A stretch of 64,000 bases of DNA from Longimicrobiales bacterium (GTDB lineage: Bacteria > Gemmatimonadota > Gemmatimonadetes > Longimicrobiales > Gaopeijiaceae). Shown here piece by piece: positions 8,480-19,000 of the stretch (positions are counted from its first letter, which is position 1; every line of letters starts with the position of its first letter). The stretch spans positions 2,432,001 through 2,496,000 of the forward strand of contig OZ242008.1 of NCBI GenBank assembly GCA_965204735.1. Reading direction: 5' to 3'. The position numbers were made by a program, and so were the translations under genes. The notes under the pieces were generated by a model. That model made no database searches, was not told where the DNA came from, and worked only from the letters and a program-made list of their open reading frames with translations.

Positions 8480-9886
8480 TCACTCCGCCAGCTGAAGGTC
8501 CAGTTCAGCGACGGCTTGATCGAGGAACGGGGCGCGCTTGACCAAGGCCTCCATGCGGGACTTTCTGACGTGGTCCTGGGTCACCCTGGGCTTGCGGCCG
8601 CTTGGAGCGGGAGCCTCGCCCGCGTTGCCCCTGCGAACTTCGACGGGCCGGTCGCGGGCGCGCTCTCGGGGAGCGGCCGGCGGGAGGGCGGACTTCTGCG
8701 CCGGCGTCGAGCGAGGAGACCGGTCCCCGGGGGGCGCGCCGCCGAGCGCCTGGACGATCTCCTCGAGCTCGACGGTCCGGTCCAGGTAGCTCATGCGGAG
8801 CAGCAGCATCTCGATCAGGACGCGGGGCCGGCCGGTGCGGCGCAGGCTGCCCCCCGCCTCCAGCTCCGACGCCATCGCCAGCATCCGGACCAGGTCGCCC
8901 GGGGCGAAGGCCGCGGCGCGCTTCGCGAACGCCTTGCGGGTCTCGGTTCCCACGTCGCCTGCTTCCGCCTTCGGGTCCAGGGAGATGCGCAGCAGCATGC
9001 GGATGCGCTCCGCCAGCCCGTGATAGAACTCGACCAGGTCGTACCCGTCGTCCAGAAGCTCTTCCACGAAGTCGAAGACCGATCCGTGACGGCGCTCCGC
9101 GACCAAGTCGAAGAGCTCCAGGTAGCGCTGCTCGGCGACCACGCCCAGCACGCGCTCGACGGCTTCGGTGGAGACGTCGCTGTCCGACAGCGCCAGCACC
9201 TGGTCCAGCAGGGACAGGGCGTCGCGCATTCCGCCGTCGGCCTTGCGAGCGATCGCCCGCAGCGCGTCTCGCTCGTGGGAGATGCGTTCCCGGTCCAGGA
9301 CCTCGGAGAGGCGGGCGACGATGTCGCCGGCCCCGATGCGCCTGAAGTCGAACCGCTGGCAGCGCGACAGGATCGGCGACGCGGTCTGCTGTATCTTCTG
9401 GGCCTCGGTCGTGGCGAAGACGAAGATCACCCGGGGAGGCGGCTCCTCCAGGATCTTGAGGAGGGCGTTCCACGCTTCGCGGGTGAGCATGTGGGCCTCG
9501 TCGAGGATGTAGACCTTGTGGCGGCCTTCCTCGGAAGGGGCGTACATGGCCCGCTCCCGCAGCTCCCGGGCGTCGTCCACGCCCCGGTTGGAGGCGGCGT
9601 CGATCTCCACCACGTCCAGCGACGTGTGGCCCCCCCAGATGCGGGCGCAGTTCTCGCACTCGCCGCAGGGCTCGCCGTCGGGCGCGCGCTCCGGGCAGTT
9701 GAGGGCCATGGCCAGGATTCTGGCCAGCGTGGTCTTGCCGACGCCCCGGGGGCCGCAGAAGAGGTAGGCGTGACCCACCCGGTTGCCCGAGAGGGCGTGC
9801 TTGAGGGTCTCGGAAACGTGTTCCTGAGTCGAGACGTCGCCGAAGCGGCGGGGCCGGTACTTTCGGGCGAGGGCGAGGTAGGACAA
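8480..9886 (-). CDS. dnaX: DNA polymerase III subunit gamma/tau
   Basis: ALARKYRP, GPRGVGKTT, zinc-binding Cys cluster, EIDAASNRGVD, DEAHML, SRC; TTG start at 9886 inferred. Confidence 0.96.
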   Translation of the reverse strand: MSYLALARKYRPRRFGDVSTQEHVSETLKHALSGNRVGHAYLFCGPRGVGKTTLARILAMALNCPERAPDGEPCGECENCARIWGGHTSLDVVEIDAASNRGVDDARELRERAMYAPSEEGRHKVYILDEAHMLTREAWNALLKILEEPPPRVIFVFATTEAQKIQQTASPILSRCQRFDFRRIGAGDIVARLSEVLDRERISHERDALRAIARKADGGMRDALSLLDQVLALSDSDVSTEAVERVLGVVAEQRYLELFDLVAERRHGSVFDFVEELLDDGYDLVEFYHGLAERIRMLLRISLDPKAEAGDVGTETRKAFAKRAAAFAPGDLVRMLAMASELEAGGSLRRTGRPRVLIEMLLLRMSYLDRTVELEEIVQALGGAPPGDRSPRSTPAQKSALPPAAPRERARDRPVEVRRGNAGEAPAPSGRKPRVTQDHVRKSRMEALVKRAPFLDQAVAELDLQLAE

Positions 9887-9941
9887 GGGCGCCGTCGTTG
9901 GCGGGCCGCCGCCGGGGGCCGCCGGCCGAGAAGGGGACGAG

Positions 9942-10041
9942 GCGCCCCAGGCTGGCCGCGACAACGTTCACCGCACTTACCGCTGCTGCCTGCGGGGCCC
10001 TGACGGAGTTCATGGGCTCCCGTTCCGCGGGCCTGGGGCGC
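9942..10041 (-). ncRNA. ffs: Signal recognition particle RNA (small bacterial SRP, 4.5S)
   Basis: Minus strand has a terminal stem gcgccccagg...cctggggcgc and the helix-8 core GAACuccGUCAGG-GCC-loop-GGC-AGCAGCggUAAG; located upstream of dnaX as in many bacteria. Confidence 0.88.
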
Positions 10042-10070
10042 GCTTAAAGGTAGCAGCAGCGGGGCGGGGG

Positions 10071-10466
10071 TCAATCCCCTGGGCGCCAGGCGTCGGGGAA
10101 GTGCTCGACTTGGGGCTCGGGACCGGTCAGGTCGATCGACACGGCGTCGAAGCGGTAGGTGGCGGCGCGCGGGCCGTGCTCGTGCATCCAGCGTCGGGCG
10201 GCGGTCTCCACTGCCCGGCGCTTTCGACGGCCGACCGGCGCCAGCGGCGGTCCGCCGGAGCGGGTGGTCCGAGTCTTCACCTCCACGAAGGCGACGGTGC
10301 GCCCCCTCGACGCCACCAAGTCGATCTCCTTGGGGCCGGCGCGGTAGTTGCGGGCGAGGACGGTCCACCCCTCGGCAACCAAGTGCTCGGCGGCCAGCTC
10401 TTCGCCGCGACGGCCGGTCTCGTGCTTGTCGGCTCGGCCCGGCGCTCCGGCGCGGGATCTCGTCAC
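10071..10466 (-). CDS. YraN family (UPF0102) putative endonuclease
   Basis: [39 protein letters not shown] start overlaps the aroF stop. Confidence 0.9.
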   Translation of the reverse strand: MTRSRAGAPGRADKHETGRRGEELAAEHLVAEGWTVLARNYRAGPKEIDLVASRGRTVAFVEVKTRTTRSGGPPLAPVGRRKRRAVETAARRWMHEHGPRAATYRFDAVSIDLTGPEPQVEHFPDAWRPGD

Positions 10467-11503
10467 GTCCCGCGCCCGCCGCAGGCGGCCAGCGACCGGC
10501 CGATCGCCTCGGCGATTGGGCCGCACTGGGCCACCAGCTCGGCGAACTGCTGCGGATAGAGGCTTTGGGCGCCGTCGGAAAGGGCTGCGGGCGGGTCCGG
10601 GTGCACCTCGACGATCAGGCCGTCGGCGCCGGCGGCCACCGCGGCTCGGGCCATTGGGGTGACCTTGGTGCGGACGCCTGTGCCGTGGCTCGGGTCCGCG
10701 ACGATGGGCAGGTGGGTGAGCGACTTGACCAGGGGAACGGCCGTCAGGTCGAGGAGGTTGCGGGTCTGGGTGTCGAAGCTGCGGACGCCCCGCTCGCAGA
10801 GGATCACGTTGGGGTTGCCGGCGCTCACCAAGTACTCGGCGGCCAGGAGGAGCTCGTTGATCGTGGCGGACATGCCGCGCTTGAGGAGCACGGGCTTCCC
10901 CGCCTTCCCCGCACGCTTGAGTAGGGGGTAGTTCTGCATGTTGCGGGCGCCGATCTGGACGATGTCGGCGTACTGCGCCACCAGCGCGACGCTCTCCGAG
11001 TCCACGGCTTCGGTGACGACGGCCAAGCCGGTCCGCTCTCGGGCCAGGGCCAGCAGCTCCAGTCCCTCTTCGCCCAGCCCCTGGAAGGAGTAGGGGGACG
11101 TGCGGGGCTTGAAGGCGCCGCCCCGCAGCACGCTGGCGCCGGCGTCGCGCACCTGGGCGGCGATCCCGAGGATCTGGTCCCGGCCCTCGACGGCGCACGG
11201 ACCGGCCATGAGGACGACTTCGCGGCCTCCCAGGACCGCCCCGTTGCCCACGTCCACGAGCGTGTCCTCGTCCCGCCACTCCCGGGAGACCTGCTTGTAG
11301 GGCTTGCTGACCTTGATCACCTCGCGGACGCCGGGGAGTCCTTCGAGGCGGGCGGACTCCACCCGGCCGTCGTTGCCCACCAAGCCGATGGCGGTGCGCT
11401 GGCGTCCCGGAATGGGCTGGGCGCCGTAGCCCATCTCGCCGATGGCGTCGACGACGCGGTCGATCTCTTCGGGCGTGGCCCGGTGGTCCATCACGATCAG
11501 CAT
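10463..11503 (-). CDS. aroF: 3-deoxy-7-phosphoheptulonate (DAHP) synthase, type I-beta with an N-terminal regulatory domain
   Basis: MLIVM start, [56 protein letters not shown]. Confidence 0.95.
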   Translation of the reverse strand: MLIVMDHRATPEEIDRVVDAIGEMGYGAQPIPGRQRTAIGLVGNDGRVESARLEGLPGVREVIKVSKPYKQVSREWRDEDTLVDVGNGAVLGGREVVLMAGPCAVEGRDQILGIAAQVRDAGASVLRGGAFKPRTSPYSFQGLGEEGLELLALARERTGLAVVTEAVDSESVALVAQYADIVQIGARNMQNYPLLKRAGKAGKPVLLKRGMSATINELLLAAEYLVSAGNPNVILCERGVRSFDTQTRNLLDLTAVPLVKSLTHLPIVADPSHGTGVRTKVTPMARAAVAAGADGLIVEVHPDPPAALSDGAQSLYPQQFAELVAQCGPIAEAIGRSLAACGGRGT

Positions 11504-12540
11504 TGGAGTGCCTCGTTGGGCGTCTTGGGGGATGCGGCGTCGGCGGCCCCGAGCGGCGGCGCGCCCGGCTGGCCCAGGCGGAAGCGGTCGCCGTCCTCGG
11601 CGGCCACGGTCGCGCCTTCGTAGCCGGCGGCGCGGACCAGTCCGGGCGCCGCGCTGGGCTTCAGCGGCGGGTAGACATGGACGAGGACGAGCGTTCCCGG
11701 GCGGGCGGCGCCGGCCAGGGCGGCTGCGGAGCGCGGGGTGAGGTGTCCGGGTGCGGGCGGCGGGTCCCCGTACGCGCACTCGGCGACGAGGACGTCCACG
11801 TCCCGGAAGAACGGTCCCAGGGCGGGTTCGGGTCCCGTGTCGCCCGTGCAGCCCAGGGCCGCGCCGTCGAGTTCGGCGCGAACGGCCACCGAGTGGTCGG
11901 CGTGGGGCGTGGGGGCGAAGTGCAGCGCCAAGCCCGCCGGGCGGTCGGTCCAGCGGCCGTCCCGGGGGAGTTCGTGGTAGGCGACCCGGAAGCCGGGGTC
12001 GACGATGAAGTCGCCGTGGGCGGACCGCAGCGCCTTCGCGCGGTCGGCGAGGCCCGGCGGTCCCAGCACGTGGAGCGGTCGCTTCCTGGGAGTCGGGGAC
12101 GCCGACTTGAGGGCGAAGAGGAGGTGGGGGAGGTCGCCGAAGTGGTCGGTGTGGTAGTGGCTGATCACGACGTGGGTCACGGCCCACCACGGCTTGCCGT
12201 GCCGGGCCAGGCCGTGAACGGCGCCGGGGCCGACGTCCAGCAGGACTCGCGTGCGGGCGCTGGCCGGGTCGGGCGCCGCCGCGTCGGCTCGCTCCGGGGC
12301 GGCGGCGGTCCGGTCGGGGGCGGCGCGGTCGGCGCCTTCCAGAAGGCAGCAGGGCGACGAGCGGGAGGCCGAAGGCACGAGGGTGCCGGAGCCGATCACG
12401 GTGAGGATGGGCGGGTTCCCGGGCGCGGCCCTCCGGCGCCGTCGGCTCCCAGCCCCAGGGCCGCGTGCCGGCGGACCGCTTCCACGCCGTCCTTCCCCGG
12501 CACGGCGATGTCCAGAAGGCTCCTGATCTCCCCCCGTCAT
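11497..12540 (-). CDS. MBL-fold metallo-hydrolase (RNase Z-like)
   Basis: VIGSGT, LLDVGPG, SHYHTDH (HxHxDH), TPH, TGDT, LVHVYP; the true start is probably downstream of 12540. Confidence 0.8.
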   Translation of the reverse strand: MTGGDQEPSGHRRAGEGRRGSGPPARGPGAGSRRRRRAAPGNPPILTVIGSGTLVPSASRSSPCCLLEGADRAAPDRTAAAPERADAAAPDPASARTRVLLDVGPGAVHGLARHGKPWWAVTHVVISHYHTDHFGDLPHLLFALKSASPTPRKRPLHVLGPPGLADRAKALRSAHGDFIVDPGFRVAYHELPRDGRWTDRPAGLALHFAPTPHADHSVAVRAELDGAALGCTGDTGPEPALGPFFRDVDVLVAECAYGDPPPAPGHLTPRSAAALAGAARPGTLVLVHVYPPLKPSAAPGLVRAAGYEGATVAAEDGDRFRLGQPGAPPLGAADAASPKTPNEALQC

Positions 12541-12789
12541 CCGTCTTGTCGCCCTCTGGTCCGTCGGAACCCGGGGAACCCGGCAAGGAACTCCCCCGAT
12601 ACCTGAAGAAACATCGGCGCGCCGGGCGCGGTCAACCCGCTCGCGCAGCCGCGGGACACCTCACCGGGAACCTTGGCCGCCGACCGGAGTAGCAAGAAGT
12701 ACGGGCACAAGCGGACCGGGCCGACCCCGGCCCCCGGGACCAACCGAAGGGGCGGCGGCCCAAGACGCCGCCCGCACCGGAAACGCAAC

Positions 12790-15084
12790 ATGAAAGGCAC
12801 CAAGCAGTTCCTCATCGCGGCCGCCCTGGCAAGCGCAGCGCCACCGTCCCCCACGTTGGCCGCCCAGGTCCCCGACTCGGGGGCTTGGGCGGTCCGAACC
12901 GTCGACCGGCCCAGCGGCGAGCCGGTGAGCGGCGTGCTCGTGGACTTCCCGGCACACGGCGCGAGCGGGGTCACCAACGACCGAGGGCTCGTGGATGGAC
13001 ACGGAGTGGACGCCACCGTCCGAGTGGTCGCCCGGCGGCTTGGGTACGCCGACTTGGACACGCTCGTCGCCGTCCCGAAGCCGGGTGGTGTCGTCGTGCT
13101 AGCCCTCGAGCGCTCCGCCGTCGAGCTGGCGCCGCTGACCGTCAAGGCCGAGCGCCGCATGACGTCCATCGAGCTGCATCGGCTCGTCTTCGACCGGGAG
13201 GTTGCCGTCGGGGCCGTCGGGATGACCCAGGCCGAGATCAAGGCCGTGCCGCCGATGGTCGAGACGGACGTGCTGCGCAGCCTGCAAGCGCTCGCGGGCG
13301 TTTCCAGCGTCAACGACTACTCCGGCGAGCTCTTCGTGCGGGGCGGCGGCAGCGACCAGGTCGCCGTGCTGATCGACGGGGCGCCGGTCTTCGCGCCGTA
13401 CCACATGTTCGGACTCTTTGGAGCGTTCAACGCCGACGCCGTCGAATCCACCGAGTTCTTTCGGGGCTCGATCCCGGCCCGCTACGGCGGCGCGTTGTCC
13501 GGCGTGGTGGCGGCTCGCCAGAAGACGGGGAGCGCCGACGGAACCCACTTCGCCGGCGGCGTCAGCCTGCTGGGCGTCCGGTTCGCCGCCGACGGGAGCG
13601 CGCCGTGGGGAGGACTCCGCTGGCTGGCCGCCGGCCGCAAGGCGTCGGTGGACGTCGCGCAGATCAACGTTCCCTACTCGTTCCACGACCTGAACTTCTC
13701 CCTTGAAGCATTCCCTGCGGACGTGCATCGTCTGCGCCTCTCGGTGTTCGCGTCCGACGACGAGTTCGACTGGGGGCTCAGCAACCGCACGTCGTTCACC
13801 TCCGACTGGGCGAACTTGGCGACTTCGGCCACTTGGTCGTGGGTGCCGGATCACCGGCTGTCCGGCGAAGTCACGGCCTACCACAGCCGCTACGACGGCG
13901 AGCGGACGACCGGGGGCACCTCGTTCTCGCCGGTGACGACCAACCGCATCTCGGCAACGGGGTTCCGTGCCGGGCTTACCCTTCGGGGCGACCAGATCGG
14001 CGGGCGAGCCGGCGTCGCCGCGGAGGCCGGCCCGGTCGCGCTTCGGAGCGCCGGGGGACCGGGCGGCTACGTGGACGGCGACATCTCCGCCTCGTACCAG
14101 CACCTCTCCGCGTTCGCCGAGATGGAGGCATGGGCCGGTCCGGTCAGGATCGCGCCCGGGGTCCGGGCGGGGAGCGAGCGGCGGGCGGGGCGCAACTTCC
14201 TCGAGCCGCGGTTGTCGGTCCGGCTGCGCACCTCCGCCTTCGCGGTGAGCGCCAGCGTGGACCGGACGTACCAGTTCCTGTCGGTGCTGCGGGACGCCGT
14301 CGCCTTGGAGCCGGGCGCTCCCATGTGGTTCCTTCACGGTCGGGAAGCGCCGGCCTCGGCCTCCGACGGCGCGAGCGTGTCGGTGGACACTTGGCGGGGC
14401 GAGGAGTGGACGGCCTCGGTGGCGGGCTGGACCAGGCGGTTCCGAGCGGCGCCCTACTGGCGTCCCGTCCTGACGCGGGACCCGTCGGGCGTCGCATACC
14501 AGGACGGCAGGGCGCGCGGCCTCGAAGTCATGGTGCAGAGGCACTCGGGCCGGGTGCGCGGCTGGATGTCGTATCAATGGGCGCGGGCGGCGTTCGACGC
14601 CGCCGACGGATCGGAGTACGCGCCCCAGTGGGACCGCCGTCACGAACTCGACGCGGTGCTGGCCGCAGATGCGCCGGGCGGCGTCGAAGTGTCGCTGCGG
14701 GCCACGGTAGGCACCGGCGCCCCGTTCTGGTTCCCGGCGGGTTCGTACGATGCGCTTCGCTTCGGGTCCACTCAGCGAGCGCGAGGACGAGAGCTCGGAG
14801 GCGGAAGCTACATGAGCTACCTCGACCAGCTGATCATTTGGTCCGACACCCAAGGCCGGCTTCCGCTCTACGCTCGCCTGGACCTTTCGGCGCGTCGCGC
14901 CTTCCGCTGGGGTTCGTGGGACGTGATTCCCTACCTCGCAGTCGTCAACGCCGGCAACCGCGAGAACGTCTTGCGGTACGACTTCGTGGGTGTTCGCGAC
15001 GACGGAGGAGGGCCGCACCAAGCGTTCCAGCACGGCAGGCAGATGCCGCTCTTCCCTTCCATCGGAATCGACTTTCGGTTCTAG
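12790..15084 (+). CDS. TonB-dependent receptor-like outer-membrane protein
   Basis: Signal peptide, carboxypeptidase-regulatory-like N-domain (RRLGY), plug (DVLRSLQALAGV, FVRGG, IDGAPV, PARYGGALSGV), barrel motifs EPRLS, GRARGLE, DRRH; C-terminal Phe. Confidence 0.85.
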   Translation: MKGTKQFLIAAALASAAPPSPTLAAQVPDSGAWAVRTVDRPSGEPVSGVLVDFPAHGASGVTNDRGLVDGHGVDATVRVVARRLGYADLDTLVAVPKPGGVVVLALERSAVELAPLTVKAERRMTSIELHRLVFDREVAVGAVGMTQAEIKAVPPMVETDVLRSLQALAGVSSVNDYSGELFVRGGGSDQVAVLIDGAPVFAPYHMFGLFGAFNADAVESTEFFRGSIPARYGGALSGVVAARQKTGSADGTHFAGGVSLLGVRFAADGSAPWGGLRWLAAGRKASVDVAQINVPYSFHDLNFSLEAFPADVHRLRLSVFASDDEFDWGLSNRTSFTSDWANLATSATWSWVPDHRLSGEVTAYHSRYDGERTTGGTSFSPVTTNRISATGFRAGLTLRGDQIGGRAGVAAEAGPVALRSAGGPGGYVDGDISASYQHLSAFAEMEAWAGPVRIAPGVRAGSERRAGRNFLEPRLSVRLRTSAFAVSASVDRTYQFLSVLRDAVALEPGAPMWFLHGREAPASASDGASVSVDTWRGEEWTASVAGWTRRFRAAPYWRPVLTRDPSGVAYQDGRARGLEVMVQRHSGRVRGWMSYQWARAAFDAADGSEYAPQWDRRHELDAVLAADAPGGVEVSLRATVGTGAPFWFPAGSYDALRFGSTQRARGRELGGGSYMSYLDQLIIWSDTQGRLPLYARLDLSARRAFRWGSWDVIPYLAVVNAGNRENVLRYDFVGVRDDGGGPHQAFQHGRQMPLFPSIGIDFRF

Positions 15085-15100
15085 AAAGCGAGGCGAACCC

Positions 15101-16012
15101 ATGTTCTTGTCCACACCGACGAAGACGCTGCTTCGTCTTGCGGCCGTCGCCGGGATCGTGGGCGGGTGCGGCGACGCAACCGGCCCCGGCGAGTACCCCG
15201 ATGCGCTGAGCGACGGGCTGATCCTCTTCGCCGTCCTCAACGCCGACTCCACCCGCCATCTGGTCGAAGTGGCAGCGGTCGACCACTACTCGCGCCCGAC
15301 GCTCTCGGGCGTGCGAGCGACGATCCACCAGCGCAACCGCGGCCCCGACGGACCGCAGTGGAGCCTCGTCGCCGAGTGGGACAGCGCGCGGGCCGCCGCC
15401 CGAGGCGCGTCTCTGACCGACAGAGACCAGTGCTGGAGCGCCAGCGACCTCGGGCAGCCGCGGATGCGGGCCACATGGACCATCGTCCCGGCAGAGCACA
15501 AGTACTGCCTGGCCCCGGAGGCCCGCCTGGAGCCGGGCGCCACCTACCGTGTCGAGGCCACGGCGGACGGTCGGGCAGGCGCGTCGGGCGAAACGACGGT
15601 GGTAGGCGACTTCGAAGTCCAAAGTGCGGCCATCTCCGGAAGCCAGGGGACGTACGCGCTGTCCGCCGACTGGGCCCCAAGCATGTCGGCCCACCGCTAC
15701 TTCGTGGGCATCAGGCTGCGCACCACCTTCTGCTCGAACTGCAACGAGCCGTGGTACAGCGTCGTCGACGGGCTGCACTTCGCGGGCGACGTGCCCGACC
15801 TGGCCGTCGACAGCGCAGGACGGGACCCGATGCTGGACGTGGCGGCGGTCGACCGGCACCTGCACGACTACCTCACCACGGGTCACCGAGGCATCCTGCA
15901 CGCCGTCCACCCCGCCCAGAACGTGCGGAACGGCTACGGGGTCGTCGGGTCGGCCAGGTTCCGCAGCCGCCGGCTCGTGGTCTCCGGCGGCTCGTCGCCG
16001 GGACCGCCGTGA
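15101..16012 (+). CDS. Putative lipoprotein partner of the TonB-dependent receptor
   Basis: Lipobox-like IVGG-C after a hydrophobic stretch; C-terminal NVRNGYGVVG resembles DUF4249-type lipoproteins; 16 bp downstream of the receptor. Confidence 0.65.
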   Translation: MFLSTPTKTLLRLAAVAGIVGGCGDATGPGEYPDALSDGLILFAVLNADSTRHLVEVAAVDHYSRPTLSGVRATIHQRNRGPDGPQWSLVAEWDSARAAARGASLTDRDQCWSASDLGQPRMRATWTIVPAEHKYCLAPEARLEPGATYRVEATADGRAGASGETTVVGDFEVQSAAISGSQGTYALSADWAPSMSAHRYFVGIRLRTTFCSNCNEPWYSVVDGLHFAGDVPDLAVDSAGRDPMLDVAAVDRHLHDYLTTGHRGILHAVHPAQNVRNGYGVVGSARFRSRRLVVSGGSSPGPP

Positions 16013-19000
16013 TCAGCCGGCGGCGGCGCCCGCCTGGTCTTGCGGCTGCTCCAGGCGGACGCCGACGATCGACGACACGCCCGGCTCCTCCATCGTCACG
16101 CCGTATATCCAGTCCGCCGCCTCGATGGTGCGGGGGTTGTGGGTGATCACCACGAACTGGGTGCGGGCCTTGAAGCCCTGGAGGAGGCGGATGAAGCGGC
16201 CGATGTTGGACTCGTCCAGGGGCGCGTCCACTTCGTCCAGCACGCACAAGGGGCTGGGCTTGACCAAGTAGATGCCGAAGAGGAGGGAAAGGGCGGTGAG
16301 GGCCCTCTCGCCGCCGGAGAGCAGGTCGATCCGCTGGGTGCGCTTGCCCCGCGGGGCCGCATGGATCTCCACCGGGGACTCGAGGGGGTTCTCCGGGTCC
16401 GCCAGCCAAAGGCTCGCCTCGCCGCCGCTGAAGAGGTGCCGGAAGGTGTCCTGGAAGTTCTTTCGGATCGCCTCGAAGCTGGTCATGAAGAGCTCCGTGG
16501 CGGTGGCGTTGATCCGTCGGATCGCCGCGCGGAGGTCGTCCCTGGCTGCCGCCAGGTCCTCCTGCTGCTGGGAGAGGAACTCCAGGCGAGCACTCTCTTC
16601 GGCGTGCTCCTCGACCGCCAGCATGTTCACCGGACCGATCTTGGCCAAGCGCTCGACGATCTCGGCAAGCTCGGCGCGCAGGTCGTCCGCGGCGCCCTCC
16701 ACCGGCTCCGCTTCCTCGAGGAGCGCTTCCAGCGGGCGGCCCCACTCCCCTTCCAGCCGCTCCCGGACCCGCTCCGCCCGGTTGCGGGCGTCCTGGCGCT
16801 CCAGCTCCAGCCGGTGCCCCGCGTCGGCGGCCTCCCGCTCGGCCTGGCGGATCGTCCGCACCCGGCGCTCGGCCTCCATGACGGCCTCCGACGCCTCGCG
16901 CAGCGCTTCGTCGCGCTCGGCCAGCACGCCCTTGGCCTGGTCGCGTTCCCGAAAGAGCCGCTCCGCCCGCTCCCCGCCCTGCCGGCTGGACCGGCGCGCC
17001 GCCTCCAGCTCGTCGGCCAGCCGCGCCGACTCGCGGCCGAGCTCGGCCGTCCCCGAGGCGGCCTGCTCCATCGCCTGGGAAACGTCGGACACCCGGCCCC
17101 GCAGACGCTCGACCTGGCTCTCCAGGCGCGCAGCCCGGATCGCCGCCTCCGACTCGGCGTCGCGGGCCTGCTCCCACTCGGCGTCCACGGCGACGAGGGC
17201 GGTCCGGCGCTCGTCCACGCGCACCGCGAGATCGCTCTCTTCCTGGACGAGGCGGGCGCCTTCCGCCTCCGCCTCGCGCTCCCGGGCGGCGGCCTTCTCC
17301 CGGGCCGCCTTGGTCCCGGCCAGCTGACGGGCGAGCTCCTCCTGACGGCGGTCCAGGCGACGGTGGCGGTCGGTGTGGGCCGCGGCTTCCGAGTCGGCGG
17401 CGCGGGCCTCGTCCCGGGCCTCGAGGAGGCGCTCCGAAGCGGTGTCGGTCTCGGACTCGCAGCGGGCGTGGTCCTCCTCGAGGGCCGCCCGCGCCGACCG
17501 CGCATCCTCCAGCTCCCGACGCGCCGCCTCCCGGTCGGTCTCCAGCGACTCGATCCGATCTCGGCGCTCAAGGGCACCCGCGTCGCCGGCGGCCCGGCCG
17601 GGAAGCAGATGGACGGTGCCGAGGGAGTCGGCCCACCTGCGGGCGGCGACGGTCCCTTCCGCGACGCCGGACACGTCCGCGCCGGACACGTCCACGCCGC
17701 CCAGCAGCGCCCGAACCCAGGGGGCGCCCTCGCCGTAGGCCGAGACCCCGGCGGGAAGCGCGCCCCGCGGCCGAGGGGCTGCGTCCAGGGGCAGAAGCGC
17801 AAGAGGGGCCTGGGCCACGGCGCCGGAGCAGTACCACTCCTCCAGCCGTTCGACGGCGCCCCCGTTCCGCACCACCAGAGCCGAGCCGAAGCGGCCCAGG
17901 GCGTCGTCCACGACCCGCGCGGAAGCGCCGGCGACCCGCACGAAGTCGGGCAACGCCCCGGCGACCAGCTCGGGGAAGGCCCCCCGGGCGGCCGCGGCCA
18001 GCGCTTCCGTTCCCTCGCCGGCCTCCACCGCCCGCCGAAGGGCGGCGAGCTCGGCGTCCAGGGCGGAAAGCCCGGCTTCCGCGTTCCGCTCCCGCTCCCG
18101 CGCCCGGCGCAGCTCTTCCCGGAGCAGCTCCAGCCGCCGCCGACTGCCGTCGAACTCCCGGGAGGCCTTGGTCGCCTTGGCCGCCGCCTCGGTCGTGCGC
18201 ACCGAGAAGAGGTCGCCCTGGCTCCGAAGCTCCTTCAAGGCCCCCGCGCCCTCCCGGGCGTCGCGGGCCAGCCGCTCGAGTCGCCGCCCCAGCTCTTCCT
18301 CCTGGATGCGCGCCGCCGTCCGGTTCCCCTCCGCCCGGGCGATCCGCGTGGAGACGGCGCGGACGCGCTCCTCCAGCTCGCGAAGCTCGCGCCGGGCGGC
18401 GTCGAGTCGCCCGCGAACCTGGGCCACCTTGTTGCTGCGATCCTTTAGGTCGGACTGCACAACTTCAAGCGCAGATTGACTTTGCGCCTGTTCTTCCGAG
18501 TATCCGGCCAGCTCGTCCTGGGAACGCACGCGGAGCTTGGCCAGCCGCTCCTGCTCCGTCGCGACCTGCTCCGCCCGGCGTTCGGCGGCGGCGATCCGCT
18601 CCCGGGCCACCGCCACCTCCGTCTCCACGCCCGCCAGCTCGGTCCGCACGGCGTCGAACCGTCCGGCGGCCTCCACTCGCCCCTTCTCCGAGTCGATCTG
18701 CGCCAGTCGAGCCTTCTCCAGGTCGGCCTCGGCCGCTCCCAGGCGGGCCGCAACCCCCGCGCCCTCCTCGCGTCCGCTCTCGAGCAGCCCGTCCAGCTCG
18801 GCCAAGCGCGCGTCGAGAAGCTCCAAGTCGATCCTCACCACGGCCGCCTCGACGCCCAGGCGCCGGGCGCGCAGCTCCTGCCACCGCTGGGCCTTCCCCT
18901 TCTGGCGGGCCAACGAGCGCACCTTGGTGCGGACCTCGGCGATCACGTCCTCGACCCGCTGAAGGTCCACCTCGGAGGTCTCCAGCCGGCGCAGGGCCGC

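Noticed and set aside
8480..9886. Programmed -1 frameshift in dnaX
   Set aside because: No A-AAA-AAG or poly-A slippery site seen; single continuous ORF.
12541..12789. Riboswitch (e.g. cobalamin) or ECF promoter upstream of the TonB receptor
   Set aside because: No recognisable aptamer core; GGAACC-like words are present but not sufficient alone.
18435..18510. Short lower-GC patch within smc
   Set aside because: The frame is intact and encodes ordinary coiled coil; no boundaries or repeats suggest an insertion.
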